A stretch of DNA of 64,000 nucleotides, from positions 496,001 to 560,000 of the forward strand of contig RSEE01000023.1 in NCBI GenBank assembly GCA_003971905.1, given 5' to 3'. How positions within the stretch are numbered: position 1 is the first letter of the stretch; the number at the start of each line of letters is the position of its first letter. Shown here one piece after another: positions 24,800-38,845 of this stretch. Both the position numbers and the translations under genes were made by a program. The stretch is from Moniliella sp. 'wahieum'. Its lineage: Eukaryota. The notes under the pieces were generated by a model. That model was not told where the DNA came from. It did not search any database and worked only from the letters and a program-made list of their open reading frames with translations.

Positions 24800-26642
24800 A
24801 TGGCCTCTGGCCTGCCTCCGCCGGCATCAGAGCCCATGTCCCACACCCCACTTGCCATGCCCCCCGACGCATCCGCCTACAGCCCTGCCTTCCTCTCCCC
24901 CTCCGACTTGGACGCATCCGATCACGACGACGACGGCACCTCCGTCCCTTTGGACGAATATCCATTCGACTCGGATGACGGCCCCGACCACCTGGATCCG
25001 CTCGAGCCGGACGAAGACGACGAGGCAGAGGCAGACACCGAGCAAGGCCCACATGCTGGCCGACGAGTACGCCCACTACTACTATGGCCAGGACGCCCAC
25101 CCTCGCCAGTCTCTGCACCCTTCCCCTCGCACGGTGCCCACGCATCCCTGCGCACCCATGCGAATGGTACCGCTTTCATGTCGCCGAGGACGAAGAACTG
25201 CTCGCCAATGAGCCCAGCGTGGACTCCTACCACGGCTGGCCCCTCTTGCCGCCGTCGCCCCACCCGTGCTCACTCTCTTTGGCGGTCAGGCTGACCACTG
25301 GTCCAATGCGGTCGAGATTCTTCTTGCCTCCTTTTGGCTCTACCAGTTCCTTCGCTCTCCATGGGAGTTGTACGATGCGGCCCGGACCAAGCGTGTGTTG
25401 CACGCTGACATTGCCACTCGGTTCCGTTGGGCCACTTGCGCGCCCAAAGGGCGCATGCCGCCCATCTTGCACAGCAAGCTCAAACCCAAGCCTCTCTCCA
25501 GCGTGCCGAACTGCTCGCCTTTCTGTGGTGCATTCTCTCCCCTGTGGTGGGTGCCATTACGCTGATCTGGTTGCGCGAGACTCTCAGTGACGGAGGTCAG
25601 TACATCAATGCCTTTTCCATCCGTCTGTTTGTTGTGACGGCTGGGATCAAGCCGTGGATGCATGCCATTCGCCTTATTCGGCGCCGGATCCTCTTCCTGC
25701 AAAAGGAAGTGCACTACCCAGCTGGACAAATTGAAGCCATGACGGAGCGGATTGAGCAACTGGAGATCGACCTGGCTCAGGCCCGTCAGGACACAGTCAC
25801 CAGGGAGGAGATGGATGCGCTACGGAGCGCGCTTGACATTCCGTTGGCCCGGGTTGTGCGCGCAGTACGCAAGGCGGCGCGGCGCGAGGCGCGGGCCCAA
25901 GCGGCACGCGCAGGCGAGCTGGCTAGGGTCGATGACCAGCTTGCCGCCCTGGTTGAAACCACATCGTCTAATGCTGAACAGATCCTTCTCGATCGCAAGG
26001 AGCGGGAGCGTTGGTCCGCCTTGCCGGGTACCTTGTTCCAGGCGATTGGTACCGTCATGGGCCAGAGGTACAAGTTGGGCCCAACCGACCCTGCGAACCG
26101 TACCAAGGAAATCACGTCTGGCTCCATTACCCAACTGGATGAATCTGCTCCCCCGTCCATCGCTGCCTCTGAGCCCACCGGCTCGCCGAATGCGAACCGT
26201 CGTAAGGTGCGCCACAAGCGCTCTTCCACCTGGTCCGAATCCCGCCCACCAAGTCTCCCGTTCGCCCCTCGTCCCCTTCCTCTTCAGCGGTGATGACCTG
26301 TGCGTGGTCTCCTACGATGCGCTCGTGCCCTTTTCCTTTTGCTGTCTAGATATACCGTAATGCTGACCCGTTGATTCTCTGTGCACAGTGGGTCGCTCGA
26401 TGCTGACCAAGGCACGGGATATGGCCGGGTGGAACGAGCTGCAACAGCCTAACAGCGTGCAAGCTACAGGGACGCCTCAACTGACCATGCCTAGCAGCGC
26501 CTCGATTGGCAGCAAATACGGCTCAGGGCGCCGGTCGGAAACCAATACCCCCCCGCGGCTGGGTCACCACATATCCACCACCTCTCTTGCGTCCAGTCAC
26601 GCGGCTAAGCAAGTCTTTCGCTCCTACCCCACCCATTTCTGA
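24800..26642 (+). CDS. Putative fungal membrane protein of unknown function with coiled coil
   Basis: Frameshifted ORF chain with hydrophobic segments (EILLASFWLYQFLRSPWELYDAAR; ELLAFLWCILSPVVGAITLIWLR; SIRLFVVTAGIKPW) and a heptad region; 3' end uncertain. Confidence 0.6.
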
Positions 26643-27920
26643 TTCGATGCCGGGTATGAAATCGAAACGCAGCCATTCGCGCCGGGCCTCCCGGTCGTAG
26701 GAGCCAAAAGCACTCGTTTTCGGGGGGTTCCATGCTCTTGTTCGACTGACCTGTCTCAGACAAGTTTCTCTTCACTACGATCTCTCCTGTGTTCTTTTAT
26801 CTATGCCACCGTCCCCTCCCCCTCATGTCAATGTCGAGGGCGATTGGATGGCACCTTTGATTCCCTGAAACGACTTACGCCTGCATCTTATACCTCTTCA
26901 CGTCCTGCCGTTTCCTTCTTCCTTTTGTCTCTTTTGTGGGCTTCTGAAGACTTCTACGTTTTTGATGCACCACTCCACGAAATCCATTACTTTTGGTCAA
27001 TGATCTTTCCCCATGATGCCTCCGATTCATTGAAGCTCAGTACCCTTCGCCTCCTTTGCCCTCCTTATCGTCGCCCTCTCTCCCGCCGGTAGTAAAAGCC
27101 CTCTCTCCTCCCCCAGCACTGGAGAGTGCGTGTAAATGCGGTGTGTTGCGCCACACAGGGGAGGGGGAGGGGGCAACTCCCGAGCATGCGTGGCGCTCTC
27201 TCGCTTGGGCGAGAAGACATCCGTTATGCCCTCATTTTGGTTCTTGATCTCCCTCGGGCTGGCTCTCGATCGGAATATTCCGCGCCTCGTTTCTCCCTCT
27301 TCGCGTATACCTTTTTGTTGGGGCTTCAAGACGATGTCTCTGCACTCATTCTCCTTCCGTATATAGATAGGAAAGTGGGCTGCAGACTCGTGCTTGTTAT
27401 CGACCAGTTCCTTCCTTGCCGTGTGTGAACCCTCCGGTGAATAGAAATGGTACCAAAGGCAACTATAAATCATGTGCTACTGAAACACACGTTCTTCCCT
27501 TTGTTGTCAAAAAGCGAGGGATCGAAAGTGGTTCACCGCGTCTACTGTTTAGTGGACCTCATAGTCTCATTTGGTGGGGGGGGAGGGCGTGAAGGGCGTC
27601 GAATGACGAAGTCTCCCTGGTTTTCTGTGGGTTGCTTTACCTCAATCACGACGCCTACCTCTGTAAAGATAACCAACCGAGAGGATTTTCGAGAGCATCC
27701 ATGACTGCCGGGGAAGCATATATCAGCTCTTCTCCCTTAGTTCATATGCTAATCGCGAGAGGTTTGTACCCCTCTCACATTCTCCATAGACCCAATCCGA
27801 TGTGCTCTCCACGAATTGGACTGTCATGTTGTTGCTTAGCAAGTTGAATGGGCCCTGGCTTCGGTGCTCAACAGAATCAGACTATCATTCCTGCTCGCCA
27901 CCGATCAAGATGCCATGAAT

Positions 27921-29958
27921 CTAATTCTTCTGGGCCAGGCGGGCCAGGACGGAGCAGAATTCCTTAGGAGAGACAATCTCCGTCGCCCCATAGGTGATCC
28001 GCTTGGGCACGCCCGCCTGGGAGGAGGATGTACGCTGCTCGTACTCGCGCAAGTTGGCATACTCGACATAGCTGCCCCCGCCACCACAAATACGACCGCA
28101 TCGTTGTGCCCGCTAGCCGAAACGGGCGCCGATGTATCGGCCACTGTCCGCCGTTTGGGATCGAGGTAGAGGTACTTGTCGGACTCTGTCCTGGCCTGCG
28201 CCGACGCTTGAGCTGGGTCCATTAGTGCCTTGACCAACCGCGTCACCGTCTCGTCCTTCTGTGCTGGGAGGAAGTTCTGACCCCTGCAACTAGGTTCTCG
28301 AATCCAGAATCTTTCAATCGTTCCCCAGCGTTCGCCCCAGAGCACCAAACCCTTTAAACAGATCTTTCCCCTGGGCAGGGGCAGGTGTGGCGCCGAGGCC
28401 AACGACATCATCCGAGCCGTTTGGCGAATGCTGCATAGACGGAAGGGTCAGCAGTGATCAGTCAGCAAAAAAGGAGGAGGGTGAGGCGGGGTGAGGGGAG
28501 GGGGGTGTACCTTTGGACATAGCGAAGTGCAGATAAATCAGCCCCAGCTGCCGTTAGCGCATCCTCGAATGTTTTCAGCTCGTTGGGTCCCAATTCGACG
28601 GGGCTGGAGAGAAAAGATCAAAAAGAGACGAAGCTTGTCTTGAGCCCCGGACCAAGCCGTGTTTTGGATAGCGTCCAGCACGGTCTTTTGAGGAACGTTG
28701 CGGATGCCCTCCTCGATTTGGAACAGCTCGTCCAAGCCGCGGTCGCGGATGCCTTGCAACAAGGCCGTGGCAATGTTCATGTGAGCGTCCAGCACAGTCT
28801 TGCGCGCGGAGCGCCGGGAGAGCTGTAATAGCCGCTTTCAAATGGAGCGCATTGTTCCCTTCCAGCGAGCTCACATCGTCCAAAGGAGAAATGCCCGTCT
28901 TTGCGCGTGAGCTCAGCAGCATCAGCCTTGTACTTGCCCAGCTCCTGGTCAATGTCAGCAGCAACCTCGGGGAAGGGCTGCACGACATTCTTTGTCCAGA
29001 AAAAGTCCTTGCCATCCAGATCGTCTTGGCTTTGCTCCCTGCTCCGAGGCGGGAACACTGACCCGGTTCAAGCGCAGCTCCAACACGTCGTCCACCAGTG
29101 CTTGGTACGTCCAACTATGGGCAAGCATGGGGACCAAGTCCACATCCCGATCCAACAACAGGAGTAATGGTCGCTGGGAAACCCATCCCTCGGCCCGGAT
29201 CCAGAGGAAAAGAGGTCGCTGGCGCCTCGGGTAGAAGCTAGGTGGGAGCGAATGAGCTCGTCCAGTTCACGAGCCACCAGCTCGGCAGCATTCCCCCCGG
29301 TGCGCGAATGATGGGGATGCCACCCCCTCGAGTGGCTAGCACACTGAAAAGGCCATGCGCAATGCGGCTTGCTTCCGCGCGGACTGCCTCCTCGCCCGCG
29401 CCGGAGCATACAGGACTTCGTACGTGTTGTGTTTTTGCGGGGGAGGGAGCAGTTCGAAGAGTGAGTTGTCGAGCACAACAAAGTCGAGGTACTGATCAAA
29501 CACCTGCTCCACCCCAGCTCCATCCGACTTGTGGCAACTATCCGAGCAAACTCGTCGAGCTGCGAGTCGGAGAGGGGCGAGATGAAGTTGACAAGGATCG
29601 ACTCGTAGGCTGCGCGGGCTAGATCGTCGGCGATCCGAGTAAAGTTGGCGGTAGTGGGGGCAACAAAGTAGACCGCAGGCACATCTGGAAGTGGAGGGCG
29701 GTCGGAATGAAGCTGGAGGTGGAGGGTGACGCCGGCCTGGCGCAGGTCCTGGACCGTCATGAGGGGTGCGACCACCTCCTGGGCAGCGCTGTCGAGACGA
29801 GCACTTTCCAGGACGGGGCGGCCGCGGCGTCGAGGGCAGCCGACGGGAAGGAGGCTTGCCGTCGCCGCCAGCGACCGCCTTGATGCGCGCATCGGCGACG
29901 GGGCGGTTGGAGTTGAGGAGGGCAAGCAGCGCGCCACCTGGGCTTCGCGCAGCGACAT
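27921..29958 (-). CDS. SLY1: Sec1/Munc18 family protein Sly1 (ER-Golgi)
   Basis: MSLREAQ start, [96 protein letters not shown]. Confidence 0.92.
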
Positions 29959-30322
29959 GGTGGTGCCCTCAGGCATCAGCGCAGGCGCCGCCGAGGGCAA
30001 GATGGCCGAGGGGCAACCCTAGCCAGCCGCCACGTGGAGGTGGGCTTACGTCAGCGGGCAGCCGCAACATCACGTGCCATGTCATGGGTGTGACCGACTA
30101 GGGACAAGCCACTGTGGGGGAAAGAGGCTGCCAAGAGCTGCGCCAGACTGCCCCACCCCGCTGCGCCGCTGGCCCCACCTGCGCCCGCTCGGGCGGCGCC
30201 TTGGGCCTTAGCCGGGCCCTGCGTCGCCGCCGATCCGATCAGCCCGCAGCCGCATCCACCTGCCCCTATATAGCTCCTCCCCGCCACCATTGCGCCCTCA
30301 GCCCCGTGCTCCCCTGGCCGCC

Positions 30323-33100
30323 ATGGCCCCCGAGCTCGATGCCACTCGCCTCCTCGCCCCTTCGAGGCCGGCATCCGCCAGGCGCGCATCTACCACTCCT
30401 ACCTGGATGCACGCCTCGCCGCCGAGAGGCGGTACGCCGCAGACCTTGAGAGTGTCCTCGATGCCCACCCTCCCGACCCCCCGGAGCCCGACACGGCCAG
30501 TGACCGTCCCCACCGTTTTCCTCCAAGAAACTGCCCACACCGCAGCTCGATGGCTACACCCGCGACGTATGGCTTGCCTACCGCAAAGCCGACCAGGCAG
30601 AGGCCGAAGCACGCCTCCGCCACGTCGATCTGTCGGCAAGAAGCCTGGACCCTTTGGATGCCTGGTGCAAGAGTCAGGAGCGCGCACTCGAGGACATGCG
30701 CAACAGCCTGCAGGCCAGTCGCAAGTCGTATGAAGAGGCGCATTCCAAGCTTCTCCCCCTGTGCGCAATGCGTATGAGAAAAAGTGTTCAGAATTGGACG
30801 AGCTGGTACGCCAAGAGGCTGCTGTGGAACTTCAGCGCCAGCAACTTTCGGACATCCAGGCGCCCCAGCCTCCGAAAATTCTAACGGATGAGGCGTCTCT
30901 GAGTGCAACCCTCGTTGGCACTGATGATGGCCAGAAGGGGTCGCCCACAGAGTGCTACTCGCCCAGCGACCAGCAGCGCTCGTTCCCAAGCTGATCGATG
31001 CTTTGCGTAACAAAGAGATCCGGGAGGGGTGGGATGTGGCACGGGAGGCTGCCAAAAAGAAAGCCATTTTCTCGTCGGCCGAGGGACCCTCAGAATATAC
31101 ATACGATCCTGCTGTTGCGGAGGCGCTGCTGCGCAAGAAAGCGAAGACCCAACGCGAAGTTGAGGAGCTGGACGACAAGTACCGCGACGTAGTGATCAAA
31201 TTGGAGAAGCTCCGCCTGTCGCTTGCTGTTGCATCAAGCGGACGCAAGACCAGTGTTGCACTCAGCGCTCTGAGATGGGTGCTCAGCTCGTGAAGGCGTG
31301 GTCTTTAATCAACAAGAGGGCAGTTCCTGTCAGACGAGGTGGTTGTATTTCGCGTCGAGGCGGTGCACGATGCTGCCCTTCATTGTGCCCATTCCAAGAG
31401 GATGTGCGTTTGGTTCAAGGCAGCTCGCGGCGCAAACAGAGCTTGAGCTAACACAGGGTGCCTTACATCAACCAGTATGTCTCCTTACGGCTTGCCCTTG
31501 CTGTTACGCGGATCGAATGCTGACTTGTTCTTGTAGCTGGCATGGCGCCCGTAAATGACCTCTTTGGAGTCAAACTGATGGACTACGCGTCGAGCCGCGA
31601 TAAGCCCTCGCAGCCGCCGTTTCTTGTACAAAAGTGTGTTGCTACCTCGACACATATGCTCTCAATGTGGAAGGCATATCGCACATCGGCCAAGCGGACT
31701 GCTGTAGAAAGGCTTGCCAACAAAGCCGAGAAGGATGAAATGGCTTTAACCTTCACTCCAGGAACAGATGACCGCGGTGACGGTAGCAGGCCGCTGAAGC
31801 GGTTATCTACGCCAACTTCCCGACCCTCTTCTCCCGCTGAACCGCGCGACGATTGTCGACCTACACAGAGTCGCGAATGGAAGAGACACAATCTGGCTGG
31901 CCATTATTATGTGAACAGATCAGCAGCCAGCCTCTTGTTCATCAAGTGACACTGCAACTCGTTCTCGAGCACCTCGGGCGCGTTGCAGGAAACTGTCAGA
32001 AAAACAAGATGACGGCATCCAACTTGGCACTCGTATTCGCCCCTGTTATCCTCGGAGCGCCTGAGTTGGAAAATACCGACAAATTGGTCATGCTCGAACA
32101 AGATCGAACCATGGAAGATCTGATCGTCTTTGGAGGGGACATTTTCGATAACCTCAAGGGGTCATCTGCCTCTCTTTCTTCAATCCCTAACCCTGATGCT
32201 ACCCAAAATATTCCCCAAAACGCTGGTGCACTTTCACCAACTCCTCCTGAACCCTCGCGTCCACAAGGGGGTGGACATCATCACACACAATCTCTCGACG
32301 CTGGATCGTCTCGGGTTCAGAGACCAACATTGGGTGTTGGCTTGATGCGGCGTGTGTCGGACGGCCCGAGAACTCGTTCAAGGAGAGTTCCGAGCAGACG
32401 CGAGGACCCCCCTGCTCTGACCTGAGCACGGACCAGGCTTCCTGCAGTGACCGTCCGTGCTTAAACGTGGAATTCACCAGCCCTACTGATACGTCCATTC
32501 CTCATCAGGTTCCACCTCTAGCTCCCCAGGTCCCCGCAGTGGCACCACTTCCCAGTCTTCACCCGCCCCCAGGAGACGCCCCCCCTCTCCCGAACCCGTT
32601 CGATCTTGTTACTCTGCCCCCGCTTCCTCCCCGCTCAACCTCGAGCCACGATAGCTCTCTTCCTCCTCCGGTAGCCTTCCCCGCCGCCGCATCGAATGAA
32701 CCCCCTTGGGACCCAGTCCTCTTCCTCGTCGTCCTCTTCCTCCTCTCCACCTCCACCTCCTCTTCCTCCTCGCCCGAGCTCAGTCCAACCAGAACGCCAA
32801 TTCTACGCTTCGAATCCCTCCCCTCTGCTACCTCGTTTGCAGCATTTGGGGGTGGTGTTCCGCCTCCACCCCCACTTCCTCCCCTCCCAAACTCGGTCCA
32901 GGAGGGAGCTACTGGGTCTGACAAGCGCATATCTTGGGACGGAGCTACTATCCTGCTCGGCCTCTCCTTCCCCACAACTTGAGCGGGGGGATAGGAGGCC
33001 CACCACCCCCACCCCTACCTTCCCCTTGACCGTGGAAGGTGGCATATCCTACCACGAATGATGCTCTATTCCCCTCTGGCTCTCCGGAAGAAACCGTGGG
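30323..33100 (+). CDS. RhoGAP-domain protein with N-terminal coiled-coil (F-BAR-like) region and Pro-rich tail
   Basis: LFGVKL..PPFLVQKCV..YRTSAK and LEHLGRVAGNCQKNKMTASNLALVFAPVIL RhoGAP motifs; end approximate. Confidence 0.8.
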
Positions 33101-33771
33101 AGAATGTGAGCCCCCCCTCACTTCGAGTTGCCGCCCCATCGGAGAGTGTGCCGCGTCCTTTGGCGCCCGAAGAGCCTTTTACTCAATAAACCTGACCCAT
33201 CATGTCCGACTCTCGTCATGTTTTCAATGGCGTAGTACCTTCAAAACAGTCGGTCTATGCTACTCCTTTTTCCCCTGATGCCTCTAGCTGTCACGGTTTT
33301 ATACGATCGCGCCGAGCGAGATCTTCGTTGATGGTTTACCGGTAGCCCTCTTTTGCTCCTGATGACCTGACAGGTAGAGCACATTCTTACGGCCTTCCCG
33401 CTTACCCTGTGGGCTGCATCTGGCGGTGGGGTCGTAGAAAGCAGAGATTTGCCCGCAACTCATTGCACTGCCACAAGGCAGCAGCAGCTGAGAGCTTCAG
33501 AAGCCAAGCTAATGGTGTCAGAAAAAAAAAGACGGCGGGTAACGTTGAACGTTAATTATAGGCGTTAGGACGCTTGGGCGCCTCCATCACTTGCATCACT
33601 TGACGTCATGTGCTCAGACACGTCGATCGGCGGGGACGATGGCGATGATGGGAGAAGAGGCTGGGCGGGCACTATATAAGCGGGCAACGAGCCTTTTCTG
33701 TCCATCGGCCACATCCACCTGCTCCAGCCAGCCCCGTCCCTCAGCACACTCATCTTGAGATCGTTGGCACC

Positions 33772-34547
33772 ATGATGGCGCTCCACTACTTGCTCTCCTT
33801 TGTCGTCCTTCTCCTGGAGGTGGTCTTTTTCTTTGTCCTCATCGCGCCGCTGCCGTTTGCAGCGCGCCGCAAGCTCTTCCGTTTCCTGGCTTCGCCTCCT
33901 GCACGCAAAGTCCAATATTGGTTCAAGATCACCTTTATCTTTGTGGCGGTCCTGTTTGCAGACGCATGCCAAAAGATGGTGGCCGCTGCGCAACAGTACC
34001 GCGAGCTGCAGAAGAATGAGGGTGGTGAGCTGGGGCTTGGTCAGGCAACGGCCATGGCCTCGTTGGCAACCGGAGGTGGGAACTCGAGTGCTCTTGCTTC
34101 TAAATTCTACACGGAGCGTAACTTCTACCTGACTGGATTCACCCTTCTTCTTGGCCTGTAAGATACCCTTGTTGATTCGTGTGCATCCTGGATGGAATCC
34201 GGAAGATTATTGACGCAGTTTCTTTGCGACCACACCAGCATCCACTCTCGCGTGTTCCGTCTCATCAACGAACTTATCGAATCCCAAGAGGAGCTATTTT
34301 CTCTCGAATCGAGCAAGTCCGACGCGCCTGCTCCGGTAGGAACCCCGGCTGAGGTGGAGGCTAAATACAAGGAGGAACTTGGTGCGTTATTGAGTGTTTC
34401 CGTGGCGCTTCCGACTGACTCTTGGTTTTGTCAACAGAGCGCCTCAAAAAGCAATCCCAGGAGCAACAACTCGAGTACACTCAACTTTCCGACAAACTCG
34501 CCAAGACCACTGCCACTGCTACACCAACAGCACCAGTGGCTAACTAG
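33772..34547 (+). CDS. BAP31/Yet-family ER membrane protein (two introns)
   Basis: LLLEVVFFFVLIAPLP, KITFIFVAVLFADA, KFYTERNFYLTGFTLLLGL; coiled-coil tail LKKQSQEQQLEY. Confidence 0.88.
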
Positions 34548-34716
34548 AGATCGTCGAGGAATAATTTGTGGAATTGATAGACGACATACTCTGTTTCCTA
34601 TACTCTTTTTGCAACAGAACTCCAGAGATAATGGGCTCTCACGCCCCTCCCATTCCTGCTCGTGTCCCAATAGAATCCATTAGCTCCTAACATGTAATGA
34701 TTCCCCCCGCCTCAGC

Positions 34717-36872
34717 TCAGGGAGGGCGCGTGAAGAACCATCGAAAGATGGCGATGAAGATGTTGGTAGCCAATCCTACAAATATGCCCGAGAGGACCGA
34801 AGGCGAGACAAGCGCACCACCTCGGATCCGACGACGTACCTCAACGGCCATCCGGCGGGTGCGTTCCCGAGTCACCCGAGCCTCCCACCGTGCAGCGCGA
34901 CGGCGCGCGCGAAGGCGCGTGCCAGCGCATCTCGTAGCGCATCCCCCCATTCGAGAGACACGAGCGGAGCAGGCCGGGCCCGGCGCTGGGGGCGGGAACT
35001 TTCGGGCGACGACGGAGTGCTCGGGACGATGCCGATCTCTCTGCCCGCCGTTGAGCGACGCGTGCAGCCAGATCAGCCAGCGGCTCATCATCCGCTTCAA
35101 CTGTTGGTGAGGATGCTGGACTGGGCGTAGGGCGAACACGCGATTGACGTGGCACCACATCTTCCCAAGACGACTCAGAGTGGGCATCAGCTAATCGGTC
35201 CTGTGCTCCAGCGGGCAATTCAGCTTCCACATTAACTGCTTCTTCCTCCTCTCTTCTTCCTCCCCTTCCTTCTGTGTCGGACTCCGAGTCGCTCTCCACC
35301 ACCCTAGGATGGGAGGCCAAGGTAGGGAAGAACGAGGGATGGGGCCGATCTGCGATGAAAAAGAGTGCGATAAAGGGAAGAAAAGCCAACCAGCATACCG
35401 ATCCATGCTTGGCTAACATTCCTGGTCCTGTGTCGGAGCAGGGACTTGCCCTTGTCACCTGTCCCCATGGGGCCGGCACTGAGAGCCATTGGTCCTCAAA
35501 GCGCGAATGTGGGCTTCCTCGTTTCCTGCTTGCAGCGCATCTCCAGTTCGTCCCCGCAACAGTTCCGGTCGCGAATAGAGAAACACGCGGCGGATTCGCT
35601 CGACCTCCTCGGCGCTCAATGCACCCGAGGCAACGAGCTGGTCCAATCCACTAGCCATCTCACCCGCCGTCTCGTCCGTTACAGGAGCCGGACGTTCGCC
35701 TTGATCCCCACCTTCCTCGTGTCCTCGACACCCACTGCACACTGCAAGTAAACCGCTCCGACGCGATGGAAGATACTGTGCGCAATGAGCCCATATGCTC
35801 GGATTGGTCGGATTCAAAGTCACCTTGGTGCGCCATCGCGGTCACCTCATTGTCAGTAGCGCGGGCTTTGCCCTTGTTCCGCATGGGTGCTGGGGCGTCA
35901 TCCTCCTCTTCTGAAGCATCGCCTTGGTCAAAAAGAACTTGCGTTGGGGTGGCATGAAGGGGAGAAGATGGGGCACAGGATTACTCCAGGCGGCACGCAT
36001 GCCCAACGGCACCAGCTTGGCCAACGCGCCCGTGCCGCATCCAATCGGCCAAGACGCTAGGGTCGGGAGGAAGTTGTAAGGGAAGACGAATCACAGCTTC
36101 TTCCACGTCTGGGTTCTTCTTCCCCAGAAAAGGGACCATGGCATGCTGGGCCAATACGCTCGAGCGCACAGCGTGAAGCAGTGGTGCCAAAGGAATGCGC
36201 AGGCCGGCAACAGTCACCGAGTCCCCAGACCCTGGGGGTCGCGGAGCTAGCTCATCGTCTTCCTCGCTGGGAGAGGATGGTTGTTCTGGGGGAGGTGCGG
36301 CAGAGAGGGTGACTGTCCGCTCCCACTCGGGCAGGTGATGCGAATCCAAGCCCGAATCATCGGTCACGGTACCAGCCAGGGCGGAGGCCGGCGAGCATCC
36401 AGGGTATCCAGCCAGTCAACCACAGCACCCTCGATCGGCAAGAAGACGTCCCGAGTGGAGAAGCCGCAGCGGCGTGAAGTAGTGGTGCTGGAAGAGCCTT
36501 AGATCGGATCGCGCTCATCAAAGACCCCACACTGTCCTCGTGGCGGGAATAGACCGTCAGCAGCACTCTACCTCGGGAGCGCGGCCGGAAGTGGGGTGGG
36601 GGTGGACCCACGGGAATTAGGAGTCGAAAAGGTAGGCTCGCACCATCCTCGCCGTTGAAAGTAGCGCTGCGGCGCTGCGGATCGGACGGTGCGGCAGCGC
36701 GACGGAGATGCGGACAACAGCCTCACTGGCAAGGTCTGTCTGGAAGTCGCTGACGCCGGGGTCGGTGAAGCGGATGGTGGCCGGGCGACGGCGGAGGCGG
36801 ACGAATGTGTTGTTCCGCGCGCCGGGCGCCGGGCCGAGGGCGTGTGGGGAATGGCAAGGGCGGGGTGTCCAT
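34717..36872 (-). CDS. Hypothetical protein (frameshifted ORF chain, probable intron ~35365-35450)
   Basis: Consecutive protein-like minus-strand ORFs from MDTPPLP; no family recognised. Confidence 0.4.
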
Positions 36873-37414
36873 TCCGACGGGCTGGTGGATGGAGGACAGC
36901 CACCGACGTCGTGGCGAAGCGGACGGCGGCGCTCGCTGCGCGTCAAGCGCTGGCTGAATGCTGGCTGAAAGTTGAAAAGTTGAACTAGCGGCGATGAACG
37001 TTTCAATGCTGGCGGCGCCACCGCCTGTGATCAATTCGATTCCCATGGCCACGATATCGGTGCGGACTGTCGTGTGCAAACAGGACCATCTATCGAGAAC
37101 ACGCAATGCGGACGTGTCTTTTCCCTGCCTGGCATAGAACACCCTTGACATATGGTGGTCTGGTAGGCTGCGTGGCGTGCACAGGGGGAAAATGTGGATG
37201 AACAGATGGCAACGAACAATGACCGCGGGGTTTTCATGTTGATATCATTACATTGGGTTGAACAATAACAAGGAGGTGGGTTGTGTTCGGAATAGAGAAG
37301 TGGGCGTTGAGCCCGTACATATGCAAGGCGTAGGAGGCAAAGGACTAGGACGGATAACAGTCATCCAAGAGGAAGAAGAAAAAGAATATGAGATGTGGAT
37401 GGGCCAATGCAGCA

Positions 37415-38716
37415 CTAAGCATGACGCCCCATCCCAATGAGGGCGAGAAACTCCTCCCGGGTTTTAGCCCGGTCATGGAATACCGCGCATGCACGACGTG
37501 ATCGTGCGGGAACCTGGCTTTTGTACGCCGCGCATGGACATGCACATGTGCTCGGCCTCCATCACGACTGCAACGCCTTGTGGTGCCAATGCCTCATCGA
37601 GGGCAAGTGCCACTTGCTTCGTCAGCCGTTCCTGCACTTGCAGGCGTCGAGAAAAGACCTCGGCGATCCGTGCCAACTTGGAAAGACCAATGACGAGACG
37701 GTTGGGAATGTAGCCAATATGGATCTTGCCTGTAAAGGGGACGAGATGGTGCTCGCAAAGACTCGAAATCGTAATGTCTTTGACAATCACCATCTCATCG
37801 TGCTCTTCATTAAACACAGCATTCTTGATGACATCTGCAGGAAGAATGGTCAGAATTCATTCGAATACAGAGAAGTCAACGTACCATCCAACTTGGTCTC
37901 ATACCCCCTCGTCATCCACAGCAAAGCTTTCGCATAACGGGTGGGCGTTTCTTTCAGCCCAGGGCGACTGGGGTCCTCGCCCAAACTGCAGGATAGTAGC
38001 CACTGCACCGGCTAGACGTGCTTCGTTCGCAGCTGCCGCCGCAGGCGAGAAGTGAAGCCGATCTAAGGTCCGAGCTGCAGGCCAGCCCAGGCCATTTTGG
38101 TCGATACTGGGGTGCCTGGCGTCATAGCTCCAGAGTCTGGCACGCCACCCTCTGTCACGGGTGCAGTAGGAAGCCCATGAGATAAGGAGAAGCAGCACTC
38201 CGAAGGACGCGAGAAAGGAGGCGGCGCGAGGGTCCTCTTTCTGGCGAGGCTGAAGAGATCGAGGCACATGCTCATCGTCATCGAAATGCGAAACGTCGTA
38301 CCCTGTCCGTGTGGAACGTGATCGGCCTCCCCTTGTGCCTGAAGACGTTCATGAGAGGCAAGGACGTTCAACGTGCGTTCCAAAAGAGACGCCAAAGCCG
38401 CCACGTCGGCGCTTGACTCTGGCGCAGCAGAGGTGCTGCTTCCAAGGGCGGCCTGGGGTGCTGCGTCGATGAGTTCCCCTGCCTTCTTTCCTTCGACCGA
38501 TGCAACCCCACCGAAGTGAATGTCATCGCCCCCCCGGAGGAAGAACCAGGAAGGGGGGATGCATGATGGGCTTCCGGCGGCGACATGGGCGTTGGAGGTG
38601 GTTGCAGTTGCCGAACAAGCGAGGGGTGGTGCGGAGATAGGCCGTTCGGTGAAAGAAAAAGCGTGGGTGATCGGTGCAAAGCTCGGGAGGGGGGCTAGGG
38701 TTTCGTTCAGTGACAT
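37415..38716 (-). CDS. FOL2: GTP cyclohydrolase I with extended N-terminus
   Basis: [77 protein letters not shown]. Confidence 0.96.
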
Positions 38717-38845
38717 TCGCCGAGAGAGTGTTGCTTGCACCCTACGCCACTAACTTCATCGACCATCACCAGCCCTGGCCGTGCGCACCACGCCCACATC
38801 CCCCTCGCCGAAGCCCCCCCACACACCACCACACCGACTACGACA

